From Coriobacteriia bacterium (GTDB lineage Bacteria; Actinomycetota; Coriobacteriia; Anaerosomatales; JBAZZO01), in the NCBI GenBank assembly GCA_041658765.1, contig JBAZZO010000006.1:37947-101946 (forward strand): a stretch of 64,000 nucleotides of DNA, read 5' to 3'. This document shows positions 1 to 9,181 of the stretch, piece by piece. Both the position numbers and the translations under genes were made by a program. Within the stretch, counting starts at the first letter, position 1; each line of letters starts with the position of its first letter. The notes below the pieces were generated by a model. The model was not told the origin of the DNA, searched no databases, and saw only the letters and a program-made list of their open reading frames with translations.

Positions 1-1
1 C

Positions 2-280
2 GAACTCCAACAGCTGATCGGCGACGAGAACGCGATCATGCTGCGCGTCGAGGAGGTCCCGGACGAGACGCTGGCGTCGCTGCGTGCGGTACCGGGCGTG
101 GACCGGGTCACGTTCGCCGACGGCGCCCTCGAGGTGCTCGCCCGGGACACGGCCGCGGTGCTCTCCCCGGTCGTGTCGGCGCTCGACGCGTCGGGCGCGC
201 GCGCCTCTTCGATCGACATCGTCGAGCCCAACCTGGAGACCGTGTTCCTGCACCTGACCGGGAAGAGCCTCCGGGACTGA
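2..280 (+). CDS. ABC transporter ATP-binding protein, C-terminal fragment (5' end lies outside the window)
   Basis: The open frame runs from the window edge to TGA at 278-280. The tail ...IDIVEPNLETVFLHLTGKSL is typical of ABC-2 type ATPase C-termini. It is followed after 1 nt by two ABC-2 permease genes. Confidence 0.6.
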   Translation, partial: ELQQLIGDENAIMLRVEEVPDETLASLRAVPGVDRVTFADGALEVLARDTAAVLSPVVSALDASGARASSIDIVEPNLETVFLHLTGKSLRD

Positions 281-281
281 C

Positions 282-1487
282 ATGATGCGCATCCTCGCCA
301 TAGGGCTGAAGGACGTCCGCGTGACGGTGCGCGACAAGCCCGCGCTCGGGATCCTCCTCGGTATGCCGATGGTGCTGATCTTCATCCTGGGTTCCGCGCT
401 GGGCGGCATCGGCAAGGGCGGCGCCGGCCGCGTGCCTATCGCGGTCGTCGCGCTCGACCGTGGAGAAGCGGGGACGCGCATCGCCGAAGCTTTCGAGAGC
501 ACGGAGCTCGAGGACGTCTTCGAGGCGCACCGGTTCGTCACCGAGGCGGCCGCGAGACGCGCCGTCGAGCGCGGCGACCTCGCGGCGGCCCTCGTCATCC
601 CCGAGCGGTTCTCCGATGACCTGACGGCGGGATCCGGCGTCAGCTTGCGCGTGTGGGCCGACCCCGGGCGCGAGGTCGCGGCGGGCATCGTGCGCGCGGT
701 GGCCGAGTCGCTGGCGACGCGGGTGTCGGCGGTCGCCGTGGCCGCCCAGGTCACGGGAGAGGCCGTCGGACGCTCCGGGCTCTCTCGCGATCCGAGGGTG
801 GCGATGGCGGCGGCCCGCTCGGCCGCGGACGAGTTGGGGCGCGCCGACGGGCTCGCGAGGGTGCGAGTCGCCGAGGCGAAGGCCCGGCTCCAGCACAAGA
901 TGACCACGCTCGATTACTATGCGGGCGGGATGTCGGTGATGTTCCTGCTCTTCGGCTCGATGTTCGGCGCGTTCTCCCTGGTGGAAGAGCGAACGGGGGG
1001 CACCCTCGCTCGCTTGCTCGCCGGTCCCGTCTCGCGAGTCCAGGCTCTGGCCGGGAAGACGCTGGGCGTCTTCGTCGTAGGTGTCGTCCAGGCGCTCACG
1101 CTCTACGGCTTCACGAGACTGCTCGGGGTGGCGTGGGGACCGGACGTCCTCGCGCTGGGGCTCATCGGCTTCAGTACCATCGTGGCGGTCACGGGCATGG
1201 CCCTCATGCTGTCGACGCTCGCGAAGTCGGTGCGCGGAGTGGGCGCGATCGCCCCGCTCGTCATCCAGGTCCAGGCGGCCGCGGGCGGCAGCTTCTTCCC
1301 CGTCTCTGCGTTGCCCGAGTGGCTGAGGCCCGTCCACTACCTGACGGTGAACGGGTGGGCGCTCGACGGCATCCTCGCGGTCATGCGCGGGGCGGGCGTG
1401 GCCGAGGTATGGCCGAAGGCGTTGGCGCTCCTCGGTCTCGGCGCCTTGTTCTTCGCGATCGGTGTCTGGCGGTTGGAGACCTCGTGA
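282..1487 (+). CDS. ABC-2 type transporter permease
   Basis: 401 aa. It has an N-terminal TM helix, a large loop, then a C-terminal hydrophobic bundle. The motif EERTGGTLARLLAGPVS is shared with the next gene. Its stop overlaps the next start (ATGA). Confidence 0.75.
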   Translation: MMRILAIGLKDVRVTVRDKPALGILLGMPMVLIFILGSALGGIGKGGAGRVPIAVVALDRGEAGTRIAEAFESTELEDVFEAHRFVTEAAARRAVERGDLAAALVIPERFSDDLTAGSGVSLRVWADPGREVAAGIVRAVAESLATRVSAVAVAAQVTGEAVGRSGLSRDPRVAMAAARSAADELGRADGLARVRVAEAKARLQHKMTTLDYYAGGMSVMFLLFGSMFGAFSLVEERTGGTLARLLAGPVSRVQALAGKTLGVFVVGVVQALTLYGFTRLLGVAWGPDVLALGLIGFSTIVAVTGMALMLSTLAKSVRGVGAIAPLVIQVQAAAGGSFFPVSALPEWLRPVHYLTVNGWALDGILAVMRGAGVAEVWPKALALLGLGALFFAIGVWRLETS

Positions 1488-2701
1488 TGCGGAAGGTGTT
1501 CGCCCTCGTGCGGCTCGACGTCGCGCAGGTCTTCAAGGACCGCTCCCAGCTCTTCGGCATGATCGCGCTGCCGTTGCTGCTCACGCTCTTCTTCGGGCTC
1601 ATGCTCGGCGGTTCGGGCGAGTCGCGGGTGAGCGTCGCGCTGGCCGACGCCGACGGGTCGGAGGCCTCCATGCTCGCGGCGCGCCTCGTGCGCGAGGAGT
1701 CGTCGTTCCGCGTCGTCGAGGCGACGCCCGCGCGCGCACGGGCCCTCGTGGGCAGGGGTGACGCCGCCGCCGCGGTCATCCTGCCGTCGGGGTTCGGGAA
1801 CGCCGTCCGGCTGGGGCAGCGAGCAGAGATAGAGCTGGTGAAAGACCCGCGCGACACCGCGGCGATCGCGGTCGGGCAGGTGATCGAAGGCGTGGCCGGG
1901 AGGATCGCGGCCGACGCGCGGACCGCCGACATCGCACTGCGGACCCTCGAGGACCTCGCGGCGGCGCCGGGCGCCCGGCCGCACGGCCCGATACCGTCCT
2001 TCGACGACCTGTACAAGAACGCCGATGCCGCATGGGAGCCGCGGCCGCCCGTCACGGTCGACTCTCGCGAGGTCCGCGCCTCGGCCGTCCGCGGGGACCG
2101 CACCGTCCCGATGGGCTTCTCCCAGTTCTCGCTCGGGTTCACGGTCATGTTCGTGCTCTTCATCGCGTTCAACGGAGCGGGCGGCATCCTGGAGGAGCGG
2201 GAGAACGGCACGTTGGCCCGCCTGCTGACGACCCCGACGCCCAAGACCGTGCTGCTCGCGGGGAAACTCCTCGGCGTCTACACGACGTGCCTCGCGCAGG
2301 CGCTGATAATGATCTCGGTGGGCGCGTTCGTCTTCCGCGTCCCGTGGGGCAACGACCCGTTGGGCGTCGCGGTGATCGTCGGGGTCTACGCGCTGGCGGC
2401 GACCGGACTGGGCCTGCTGCTCTCATCGATCGTGCGCACGCGCAGCCAGATATCCTCCCTCGGCTCGGTGCTTGCCGTCGTCCTGGCGATGCTCGGCGGA
2501 TGCTACTGGCCGATCGACATCGTCTCTCCGACGATGCGCTCCATCGCTTGGTTCACCCCCACGGGCTGGGCGATGCGCGGACTCACCGATATCGTCGTGC
2601 GCAACCAGGGCCTGGGACAGGCTTGGACGCCCGCCCTGGTGCTGCTCGGTTTCGCCGCGGTCTCTTTCGTAGCGGGCGTGCGGGCACTCCGCTTCGAATG
2701 A
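1487..2701 (+). CDS. ABC-2 type transporter permease (paralog of the preceding gene)
   Basis: ATG at 1487 overlaps the upstream TGA. The product MRKVFALVRLDV... has the same architecture and the motif EERENGTLARLLTTPTP. The long 5' extension of track ORF 653-2701 is Arg/Gly-rich and overlaps the previous gene. Confidence 0.75.
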   Translation: MRKVFALVRLDVAQVFKDRSQLFGMIALPLLLTLFFGLMLGGSGESRVSVALADADGSEASMLAARLVREESSFRVVEATPARARALVGRGDAAAAVILPSGFGNAVRLGQRAEIELVKDPRDTAAIAVGQVIEGVAGRIAADARTADIALRTLEDLAAAPGARPHGPIPSFDDLYKNADAAWEPRPPVTVDSREVRASAVRGDRTVPMGFSQFSLGFTVMFVLFIAFNGAGGILEERENGTLARLLTTPTPKTVLLAGKLLGVYTTCLAQALIMISVGAFVFRVPWGNDPLGVAVIVGVYALAATGLGLLLSSIVRTRSQISSLGSVLAVVLAMLGGCYWPIDIVSPTMRSIAWFTPTGWAMRGLTDIVVRNQGLGQAWTPALVLLGFAAVSFVAGVRALRFE

Positions 2702-2714
2702 TGGGCGACGAGAC

Positions 2715-3332
2715 GTGACAGACTGGTTCCTGAAAGGTCTAGCGGTGGGCTTCGTCATCGCGGCCCCGGTAGGCGCCATCGGCGTACTGTGCATCAGGCG
2801 CACGCTCGAGGGAGGTCTGCCGCGCGGGCTTGCGAGCGGCCTCGGGGCGGCGAGTGCCGACGCGTGCTACGGCGCGATCGCCGGATTCGGGCTGACGGCG
2901 ATCTCCGGACTCCTTCTCGGTCTCGAGGCGCCGCTGCGCGGCGCCGGGGGCCTCTTCCTGGTGTGGCTCGGCGTGCGGACCTTCTTCTCCCGCCCGAGAG
3001 CAGGCGCCTTCCGGACCGAACCGGCCGGACTCGCGGGGGCGTGGGCGTCGACCTTCGGACTGACGCTCGCGAACCCCTCGACGATCCTCGCGTTCGGCGC
3101 TGTCTTCGCGGGGCTCGGGCTCGCGGCGCATCCCGGTGGTCCCGGCGCCGCGGCCGCGCTCACGGTCGGTGTCTTCGTGGGCTCGGCGGTCTGGTGGCTT
3201 CTACTCACCACGGCGGTCTCCGTCGTCCGGGGGCGCATGGACGATCGCGCGATGGTCGCGCTCGACCGCATCTCGGGCTCCGTCATCGCGGTGTTCGGCG
3301 TCGTCGCTCTCGCGAGCTTGTTCGCTAGCTGA
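2715..3332 (+). CDS. LysE/RhtB family amino-acid exporter
   Basis: 205 aa polytopic membrane protein. The N-terminus FLKGLAVGFVIAAPVGAIGVLCIRRTL is typical of LysE-type translocators. Confidence 0.7.
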   Translation: MTDWFLKGLAVGFVIAAPVGAIGVLCIRRTLEGGLPRGLASGLGAASADACYGAIAGFGLTAISGLLLGLEAPLRGAGGLFLVWLGVRTFFSRPRAGAFRTEPAGLAGAWASTFGLTLANPSTILAFGAVFAGLGLAAHPGGPGAAAALTVGVFVGSAVWWLLLTTAVSVVRGRMDDRAMVALDRISGSVIAVFGVVALASLFAS

Positions 3333-3402
3333 CACCGCCGAACACCGCCGCTTCTGTCATCATCGCAAGGAACGCCTGCCGTCCCGAAGGGGCCCGACGA
3401 CC

Positions 3403-4302
3403 ATGGAAGACCGGCCCGACGCACGTACACTGGTGGCCGTCATCGTCGCGCTCGTCGTCTGGGCATCGGCGTTCCCCGGAGTGCGGGCCCTCGTCGACTC
3501 GCGGCACCCGATCTTCGGCCCCGGCCAGATGGCGCTCCTTCGCTTCCTCGTCGCCTCCGCCGCGTTCGCGGTCCTCGCCCTAGCGCGGCGCATGCGGCTC
3601 CCCGCGCTGCGTGACGTCCCGCGCATCGCGCTCGCGGCGCTCTGCGGCATCACCATCTACCACCTGGGGTTCACGTTCGGCGAGTCGACCGTGACGGCGG
3701 GTGCGGCGGCGCTGATCATCGCGTCGGGACCGATCTTCACCGCTCTGCTCTCCATCGTCTTCCTCGGTGAGCGGTTGAACGCCTGGGGATGGGGAGGCGT
3801 GCTGCTAGCCTTCTCCGGGGTGACGCTCATCGCTCTCGGTGAGGGCGGCGGGTTCTCCGTCGAGCGAGGCGCGCTCTTCGTGCTGATGGCGGCGATCGGC
3901 ACGGCGTTCTACTTCGTGCTGTCGAAGGGGCCGCTGAGGGTGTATGGCGCGCTGGAGTTCACGTCGTACGCGGTCTGGTTCGGGACCGTGCCGATGCTCT
4001 TCTTCCTGCCCGGGCTCGCCGCCCAGGTGAGCTCCGCGCCCTCCTGGGCGATCGCTACGATCGTCTACCTCGGCGTCTTCCCCGGGGCCGTCTCGTACGC
4101 TCTGTGGTCGTACGGCCTGGCGCGCATGCCCGCCACCAAGACCGCGAGTTTCCTTTACGCGCAGCCCGTGCTGGCGGCGTTCATCGCGTGGGTGTGGCTG
4201 CGAGAGGTCCCCGCGTGGCTGACGATCGCCGGCGGGGCGATCGCGCTGGCCGGGGTCGTCGTCGTCGGCACGAGAGGGAAAGCCGTCACGCGCAGGCCCT
4301 AG
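3403..4302 (+). CDS. EamA/DMT family transporter
   Basis: In-frame ATG at 3403 (MEDRPDARTLVAVIVALVVWASAFPG...). About 10 hydrophobic spans form two EamA-like halves. The upstream part of track ORF 3136-4302 overlaps the LysE gene and is Ser/Arg-rich. Confidence 0.7.
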   Translation: MEDRPDARTLVAVIVALVVWASAFPGVRALVDSRHPIFGPGQMALLRFLVASAAFAVLALARRMRLPALRDVPRIALAALCGITIYHLGFTFGESTVTAGAAALIIASGPIFTALLSIVFLGERLNAWGWGGVLLAFSGVTLIALGEGGGFSVERGALFVLMAAIGTAFYFVLSKGPLRVYGALEFTSYAVWFGTVPMLFFLPGLAAQVSSAPSWAIATIVYLGVFPGAVSYALWSYGLARMPATKTASFLYAQPVLAAFIAWVWLREVPAWLTIAGGAIALAGVVVVGTRGKAVTRRP

Positions 4303-4580
4303 CGGCGTACGGAGAAGCCCGTCTCCCCCAGCGGGGTCTCCCGCGTGACCTCGACGCTCGAGACTCTCGCCCCCCGAGGCCCGGTGCGCGTCCACTCGAT
4401 GGCGGCTTCGACCGAGCCAACGGGTCCCTCGAAGACCGCCTCGACGCTACCGCCCGGGAGGTTGCGCACCCATCCGGCGAGGCCCAGGCGCCGCGCCGCG
4501 TCGACGGTCGACGCGCGGAAGTACACGCCCTGCACGAGACCCGAGACGATCACGCGCGCCCGCGACACCGCTTGATCCAT
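4299..4580 (-). CDS. acyP: acylphosphatase
   Basis: 93 aa. It carries VSGLVQGVYFRAST...GWVRNLPGGSVE, the classical acylphosphatase signatures. Confidence 0.85.
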   Translation of the reverse strand: MDQAVSRARVIVSGLVQGVYFRASTVDAARRLGLAGWVRNLPGGSVEAVFEGPVGSVEAAIEWTRTGPRGARVSSVEVTRETPLGETGFSVRR

Positions 4581-4678
4581 GACCCGCCCTTCGAGCCGGG
4601 CTCCCGCCCGAGGTCCGCCGGACGGGAGTAGAATCGCACATCAGGCGGGGATGCGGCCACGCCGGGAGAGGGGGAGAC

Positions 4679-5473
4679 GTGGAGGTGCCTGTCGGACGAT
4701 GGGCCGATGCCATATCCGTTCGGCGGTCCCGGCGCGCTTTCGACGGCGTGTCCGTCGCCGGCGATCTTCTCGACGCCCTCGACGAAGTCTGTCGATCCTT
4801 CAGACCTTTCCCGGAGGTCCGCACGGTCCTATTGAGCGATGCCCCAGCCGACATCTTCACGGGTCTCGTCGCGGGCCTCGTCGGCTCCTACGGTCGCGTG
4901 ACGGGCGCGCCGTCGGCGCTGCTCTTCATCGGCGTGCCTGGCCCGAAGACGCCGGAGCGCATCGGCTACACTGGTGAGGGCGCCGTGCTCGAGGCGACGG
5001 CCCTCGGTGCCGGGACGTGCTGGGTGGGCGGCGCTTTCGACCGCAGGCGCGCGGCGGGACTCGCTGACCTCGCCGAGGACGAGCGTGTCTTCGCGGTCTC
5101 GCCCGTCGGGACGCCGCTCGCGCCGCCCGCCGCCACGGAGCGGCTGCTCTTCGGTGCCGGGAAAGAGAAGCGCCGGCGCCCTCTCGACATCATCGCTCCG
5201 GGCCGGGAGGACTGGCCCCGGTGGGCGATCGCCGGCGTCGAGGCGGCACGGGTCGCGCCGTCAGCGCTCAACCGTCAGCCGTGGAGATTCTCGCTCGTGG
5301 GGGGCGACGTCCTGCTGAAGCACGCCGGACCCGACACCCCGGGGTCCTCGAAGCGGCTCGATTGCGGGATCGCCATGCTCCACTTCGAGATCGCGGCGCA
5401 CGCGGCCGGCTCCGAGGGGGCGTGGGGGCCGGGCGTAGATGGGACGCTGGCCAGGTGGGCGGAACCGGGGTGA
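4679..5473 (+). CDS. nitroreductase family protein
   Basis: 264 aa. The SVRRSRRAF start motif and the SALNRQPWRF motif are characteristic of the nitroreductase fold. Confidence 0.65.
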   Translation: MEVPVGRWADAISVRRSRRAFDGVSVAGDLLDALDEVCRSFRPFPEVRTVLLSDAPADIFTGLVAGLVGSYGRVTGAPSALLFIGVPGPKTPERIGYTGEGAVLEATALGAGTCWVGGAFDRRRAAGLADLAEDERVFAVSPVGTPLAPPAATERLLFGAGKEKRRRPLDIIAPGREDWPRWAIAGVEAARVAPSALNRQPWRFSLVGGDVLLKHAGPDTPGSSKRLDCGIAMLHFEIAAHAAGSEGAWGPGVDGTLARWAEPG

Positions 5474-5541
5474 TTGTGATTCGTGTCACTATGGTATCAT
5501 CGACCTAGGAGAAGGATCGGCGCTCGGAAGGGGGACGACCG

Positions 5542-6204
5542 GTGAGCCGGCGTACGATGGCGCGGCGCATATCCGACGGACTCGTCTCCCCGCGCGGAAG
5601 GTTCTTGTGCGCGACCGGAGTCGTCTTGCTGCTCACCTCCGCCGGGGCATTCGCCGATCCGTGGTACCTGCTCAGCGCGGTCATCTTCGTCGGCATCTGG
5701 GGGCTTTTGTACCGCCTTTCCCGCGTCTGCGTTCTCGTGCGGCAGCCCCGCTACGCGGGAGCGGCCGTCTTCGTCGACCGGTTCTGCCTCCTCTTGCTCG
5801 TCATCGGAACTTACGCCCCGTTCGCGATGGTCGTCCTCACGGGCATGCACGGCTGGATGTTCTTGGCGCTGTTCGGATGTCTCGCCGTCTTCGGTGTCGC
5901 GTTCGGCGCCGCGGTCGTGCATTCGCGCCGCTTCCTGACGACGATGGTCCATCTCGTCTGCGTGTGGGTGGGGATCGTCGTCCTGCACCCCGTCGCCGAC
6001 CGTTTCGGACTCGTCGGGAACGTCGTCCTTCTCGGCGCCGGGCTCGGCGTGACGCTCGCTGTCGCCATCTCGGTGCTCCGCGGGGTCACGAAGCCGAGGA
6101 TGCTAGCGAAGGTCTTACGCATCGCATGGCTGGCGGTGATCACCCCGCAGGCATGGCACGGCGGGGCGCTCCTGCTGACCGAGCTCTCGGAGCTGGGGCT
6201 CTAG
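5542..6204 (+). CDS. PAQR/hemolysin-III-like membrane protein, degenerate paralog
   Basis: 220 aa, about 7 TM helices. VDRFCLLLLVIGTYAPFAMVVL aligns with IDHASIYMLIAGTYTPFTLVTL of the next gene, but the His-rich metal motifs are missing. Confidence 0.5.
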   Translation: MSRRTMARRISDGLVSPRGRFLCATGVVLLLTSAGAFADPWYLLSAVIFVGIWGLLYRLSRVCVLVRQPRYAGAAVFVDRFCLLLLVIGTYAPFAMVVLTGMHGWMFLALFGCLAVFGVAFGAAVVHSRRFLTTMVHLVCVWVGIVVLHPVADRFGLVGNVVLLGAGLGVTLAVAISVLRGVTKPRMLAKVLRIAWLAVITPQAWHGGALLLTELSELGL

Positions 6205-6205
6205 G

Positions 6206-6898
6206 ATGATCGCAGGGAACGACCCGACCGCACCCGACACAGGGCGTTCCCGGCGGTCGGGCGCTTCGGGATACACCCTCGGCGAGGAGATAGCCGCAAG
6301 CGTAACGCACGGCGTCGGCGTCGCGGCCGCCATCACGGCGCTCGTGCTCCTCGTGGCGTTCGCGTTCGCCCGCGGCACAACGACTCACGTGATCAGCGTG
6401 GCCGTGTACGGTTCGACTCTGGTGCTCCTGTACACGGCGTCCACGCTCTACCACAGCGTCACCCACGAGCGGGCCAAGCACGTGCTCAAGGTCATCGATC
6501 ACGCGAGCATCTACATGCTCATCGCCGGTACGTACACGCCGTTCACCCTCGTGACGCTGCGCGGCGTATGGGGCTGGTCGCTGTTCGGGACGGTGTGGGG
6601 GCTCGCTCTCGTCGGGGTGCTGCTGGAGGGCTTCTGGGTGTGGCGTCCGAAGTGGGTGTCCGCGCTCGTATACCTCGGGATGGGATGGCTTGTCGTCGTC
6701 GCGATTCGTCCTCTCGTCGCGACACTGCCTCGGGCCGGGGTGGCATGGCTCGTCGCGGGGGGGCTCGCATACACGCTCGGGACGGTATTCTATGTGATGA
6801 AGCGCGTGCCCTACATGCACGCGGTCTGGCATCTTTGGGTGCTCGCCGGCAGCGCGTGTCACGTGGTCGCCGTCCTCTTCTACGTCTTGCCCCGCTGA
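6206..6898 (+). CDS. hemolysin III / PAQR family protein
   Basis: 230 aa, 7 TM helices. Motifs LYHSVTHERAKHVLKVIDHASIY and HAVWHLWVLAGSACH are seen. Confidence 0.8.
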   Translation: MIAGNDPTAPDTGRSRRSGASGYTLGEEIAASVTHGVGVAAAITALVLLVAFAFARGTTTHVISVAVYGSTLVLLYTASTLYHSVTHERAKHVLKVIDHASIYMLIAGTYTPFTLVTLRGVWGWSLFGTVWGLALVGVLLEGFWVWRPKWVSALVYLGMGWLVVVAIRPLVATLPRAGVAWLVAGGLAYTLGTVFYVMKRVPYMHAVWHLWVLAGSACHVVAVLFYVLPR

Positions 6899-6931
6899 CT
6901 CCACCGCGACGTCGCGACGAAGGGGGGGCCG

Positions 6932-7450
6932 ATGGCCCCGGAAGTGAAGGGACCGTCGAAGGGCGCGATGCCCGGGATCGTCCTGGTAGTGGCGGGACTC
7001 GTGCTGTTCGCCCTGCAGTGGGCGCCCGACGCCGCCGATTCCGCTGTCCTGCTCGCGATCGGCGCGGCGTTCATGACCGTGTACGTGATGCGCGGTCAGT
7101 ACGGTCTCCTCATCCCGGCGTGCGTCCTGCTGGGCATCGGAGCGGGCGTGCTACTCGAGGATCTCGGCATCGGGCTCTCGGACCCCGTTCCTCTCACGCT
7201 CGGAGTCGGCTTCATCGCCATCTGGGCCATCGACCTCGTCAGGCGCCGCTCGACGCCGTGGTGGCCGCTCGTCCCGGGAGGGGTCCTCGTCTTCGCGGGT
7301 GTCGCCGACGACTTCGCCGGCGCCGAGGAGGCGCTGGCGAAAGCATGGCCTCTCGCCATCGTGATCGTGGGTGTCGCCATCATCGTCGGGTCCGTGCGGG
7401 ACCGGGAGCGACCGGCGGACGGCGAACGTACGGAGGAGTCGGGCTCCTAA
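6932..7450 (+). CDS. membrane protein, unknown function
   Basis: 172 aa with 4-5 hydrophobic helices. Coding-like composition. No recognisable catalytic motif. Confidence 0.55.
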   Translation: MAPEVKGPSKGAMPGIVLVVAGLVLFALQWAPDAADSAVLLAIGAAFMTVYVMRGQYGLLIPACVLLGIGAGVLLEDLGIGLSDPVPLTLGVGFIAIWAIDLVRRRSTPWWPLVPGGVLVFAGVADDFAGAEEALAKAWPLAIVIVGVAIIVGSVRDRERPADGERTEESGS

Positions 7451-7463
7451 AGGCGTGGGGAGT

Positions 7464-8207
7464 TCAGCCGACTTCCGCGGCCGCGTCCGGGTCGAACGGG
7501 TTCGTCCGTACGGCGAACGAGTAGAGGAACGGGTAGTTCTGCTGGAGGTGCCCGAGATACGAGACCCACTCACCGAGCAGGGCGGAGTAGGCTCGCCGCA
7601 TGTCGACGGTCAGATGAGCGTGGTCGGCCTCGGACGTCGACGACAGGTCGGAGCGCGCCGCGAGTTCCTCGCTCAAGTGGAAGAGCGCCCACAGCAACTC
7701 CGTGAAGGACTCGTGCTCGAGCAGGTTCGGGTTCTCGAGGAGTCCGAGAAGGAACGAGCGCCGAGACACCAGAAGGTCGCGGAGGTCCGCGAGATCCGCT
7801 GCGCGCGAGTCTATCCGATGCTCCCTCGACGCTACCGCGGCACGGGCACGCGCGAAGTCGGCGGGCGTCCACTCCGGCGAGAACCTGAGCAGCGACCTCA
7901 GCGCAGCGGGATCGGTGTCGAACGTCGTGATGCGACCGATCGCATCGGTCCCCACCTCGGCGAAGAACGCTCCGATCACCATGTTGAGCTTGTGGAGCAT
8001 CGAGCGCTTCTCGCGCATCGCGAGCAGGCGGTTGATGATGAGGCCTACGATGAGCACGCTCACAGGGATGAACGCGAGATCGAGCAGCGAGTAGAAGACG
8101 GTGTCCGTGTGGCGGTGAGGGAAGCCGAGCCACATCCCGGCGTACAGGACGAGGGTGAGAGCGGCGAGTGATGCGGCGAGCGTGACGGGCCGGTCCTTGG
8201 CGCGCAT
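7464..8207 (-). CDS. membrane-anchored hypothetical protein
   Basis: ATG at 8207 is preceded by GGGAGG. There are two N-terminal TM helices and a soluble helical domain. The upstream part of track ORF 7464-8417 looks non-coding. Confidence 0.55.
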   Translation of the reverse strand: MRAKDRPVTLAASLAALTLVLYAGMWLGFPHRHTDTVFYSLLDLAFIPVSVLIVGLIINRLLAMREKRSMLHKLNMVIGAFFAEVGTDAIGRITTFDTDPAALRSLLRFSPEWTPADFARARAAVASREHRIDSRAADLADLRDLLVSRRSFLLGLLENPNLLEHESFTELLWALFHLSEELAARSDLSSTSEADHAHLTVDMRRAYSALLGEWVSYLGHLQQNYPFLYSFAVRTNPFDPDAAAEVG

Positions 8208-8321
8208 GGATCCTCCCTCGATCGGTCCACTCCGATTCTCGCCCCGGCACGTCGTCCTGTGAAGCGCCGGCTGTGATAACGTCGCAACATCCGGGAGGCG
8301 GGAAGGGGCTGGGAAACGATC

Positions 8322-9098
8322 GTGGCTACGGTTCTCAAGCGCCTCGTCGAGTCGCTTCTCGTCCCGCCCGGGGTCGTCGTGGCGCTGCTCGTCTTCGCGG
8401 TGGTGGGAGCGCGGCATGCTCCGCGCCGCGTGCGTGCGCCCTTGTGGGCCGCGCTCCTCATCCTGTGGGCCGCTTCGATCGGTCCCTTCCAGACGCTCCT
8501 GTCCGGGCCTCTCGAGCGTGCGTACCGGCCGTATCCCGTGGCGGGCGCTCCCGCAGGCGGAGTGCCGGACGCGATCGTCGTGCTCGGTTCCGGGGTGCGT
8601 GGTTCAGCCAAGGAGGCCGTCGGAGGTGAGACGCTCTCGCCGGTCTCGCTCGCGCGGCTCGTCTACGCCTTCGAGCTGCACGAACGCACCGGCGCGCCGC
8701 TCGTCGTGTCGGGAGGCGACCCGCTCCGTTCCCAGCAGCGCAGCGAAGCGAGGCACATGGCCGACCTGCTCGCCTCGTTCGGCGTGGACAGGTCCGATGT
8801 CTTCATCGAAGAAGGCTCCGAGGACACCCTCGGGAATGCGAACGGCGTCTCGAAGATCCTGGTCTGGGAAGGATTCCGGCGCCCGGCGCTCGTCACGTCC
8901 GCGGTCCACATGCCCAGGGCGGTCCGTTCCTTCCGGTCCGTGGGCGTGACCGTCGTCCCGGCGCCGACCGACTACTCCGGCGGCGGCTGGACGGGAATCG
9001 GCTCGCTCCTTCCCTCGGCGGATCGGCTGCGTCTGACCGTAGCGGCGCTGCACGAGTGGATCGGGCTCGCCTGGTACCGCGTCGCGCGGGGCGTCTAG
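8322..9098 (+). CDS. YdcF/ElyC (DUF218) family protein
   Basis: 258 aa. N-terminal TM helices are followed by DAIVVLGSGVRG...VVSGG...TSAVHMPRA, the DUF218 pattern. Confidence 0.65.
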   Translation: MATVLKRLVESLLVPPGVVVALLVFAVVGARHAPRRVRAPLWAALLILWAASIGPFQTLLSGPLERAYRPYPVAGAPAGGVPDAIVVLGSGVRGSAKEAVGGETLSPVSLARLVYAFELHERTGAPLVVSGGDPLRSQQRSEARHMADLLASFGVDRSDVFIEEGSEDTLGNANGVSKILVWEGFRRPALVTSAVHMPRAVRSFRSVGVTVVPAPTDYSGGGWTGIGSLLPSADRLRLTVAALHEWIGLAWYRVARGV

Positions 9099-9181
9099 GG
9101 CTCGCGCGGGTCTTCGTCTCATTCCCGGTCCCTCCGGTGGTCGTCTCGAGGTGTGTACCTCACGCGCGGCACCCGCACTCG

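Noticed and set aside
653-1486. Long 5' extension of the second ABC-2 permease ORF
   Set aside because: The extension is Arg/Gly-rich and fully overlaps the first permease gene in another frame. ATG 1487 forms an ATGA overlap with the upstream stop and yields a normal permease N-terminus.
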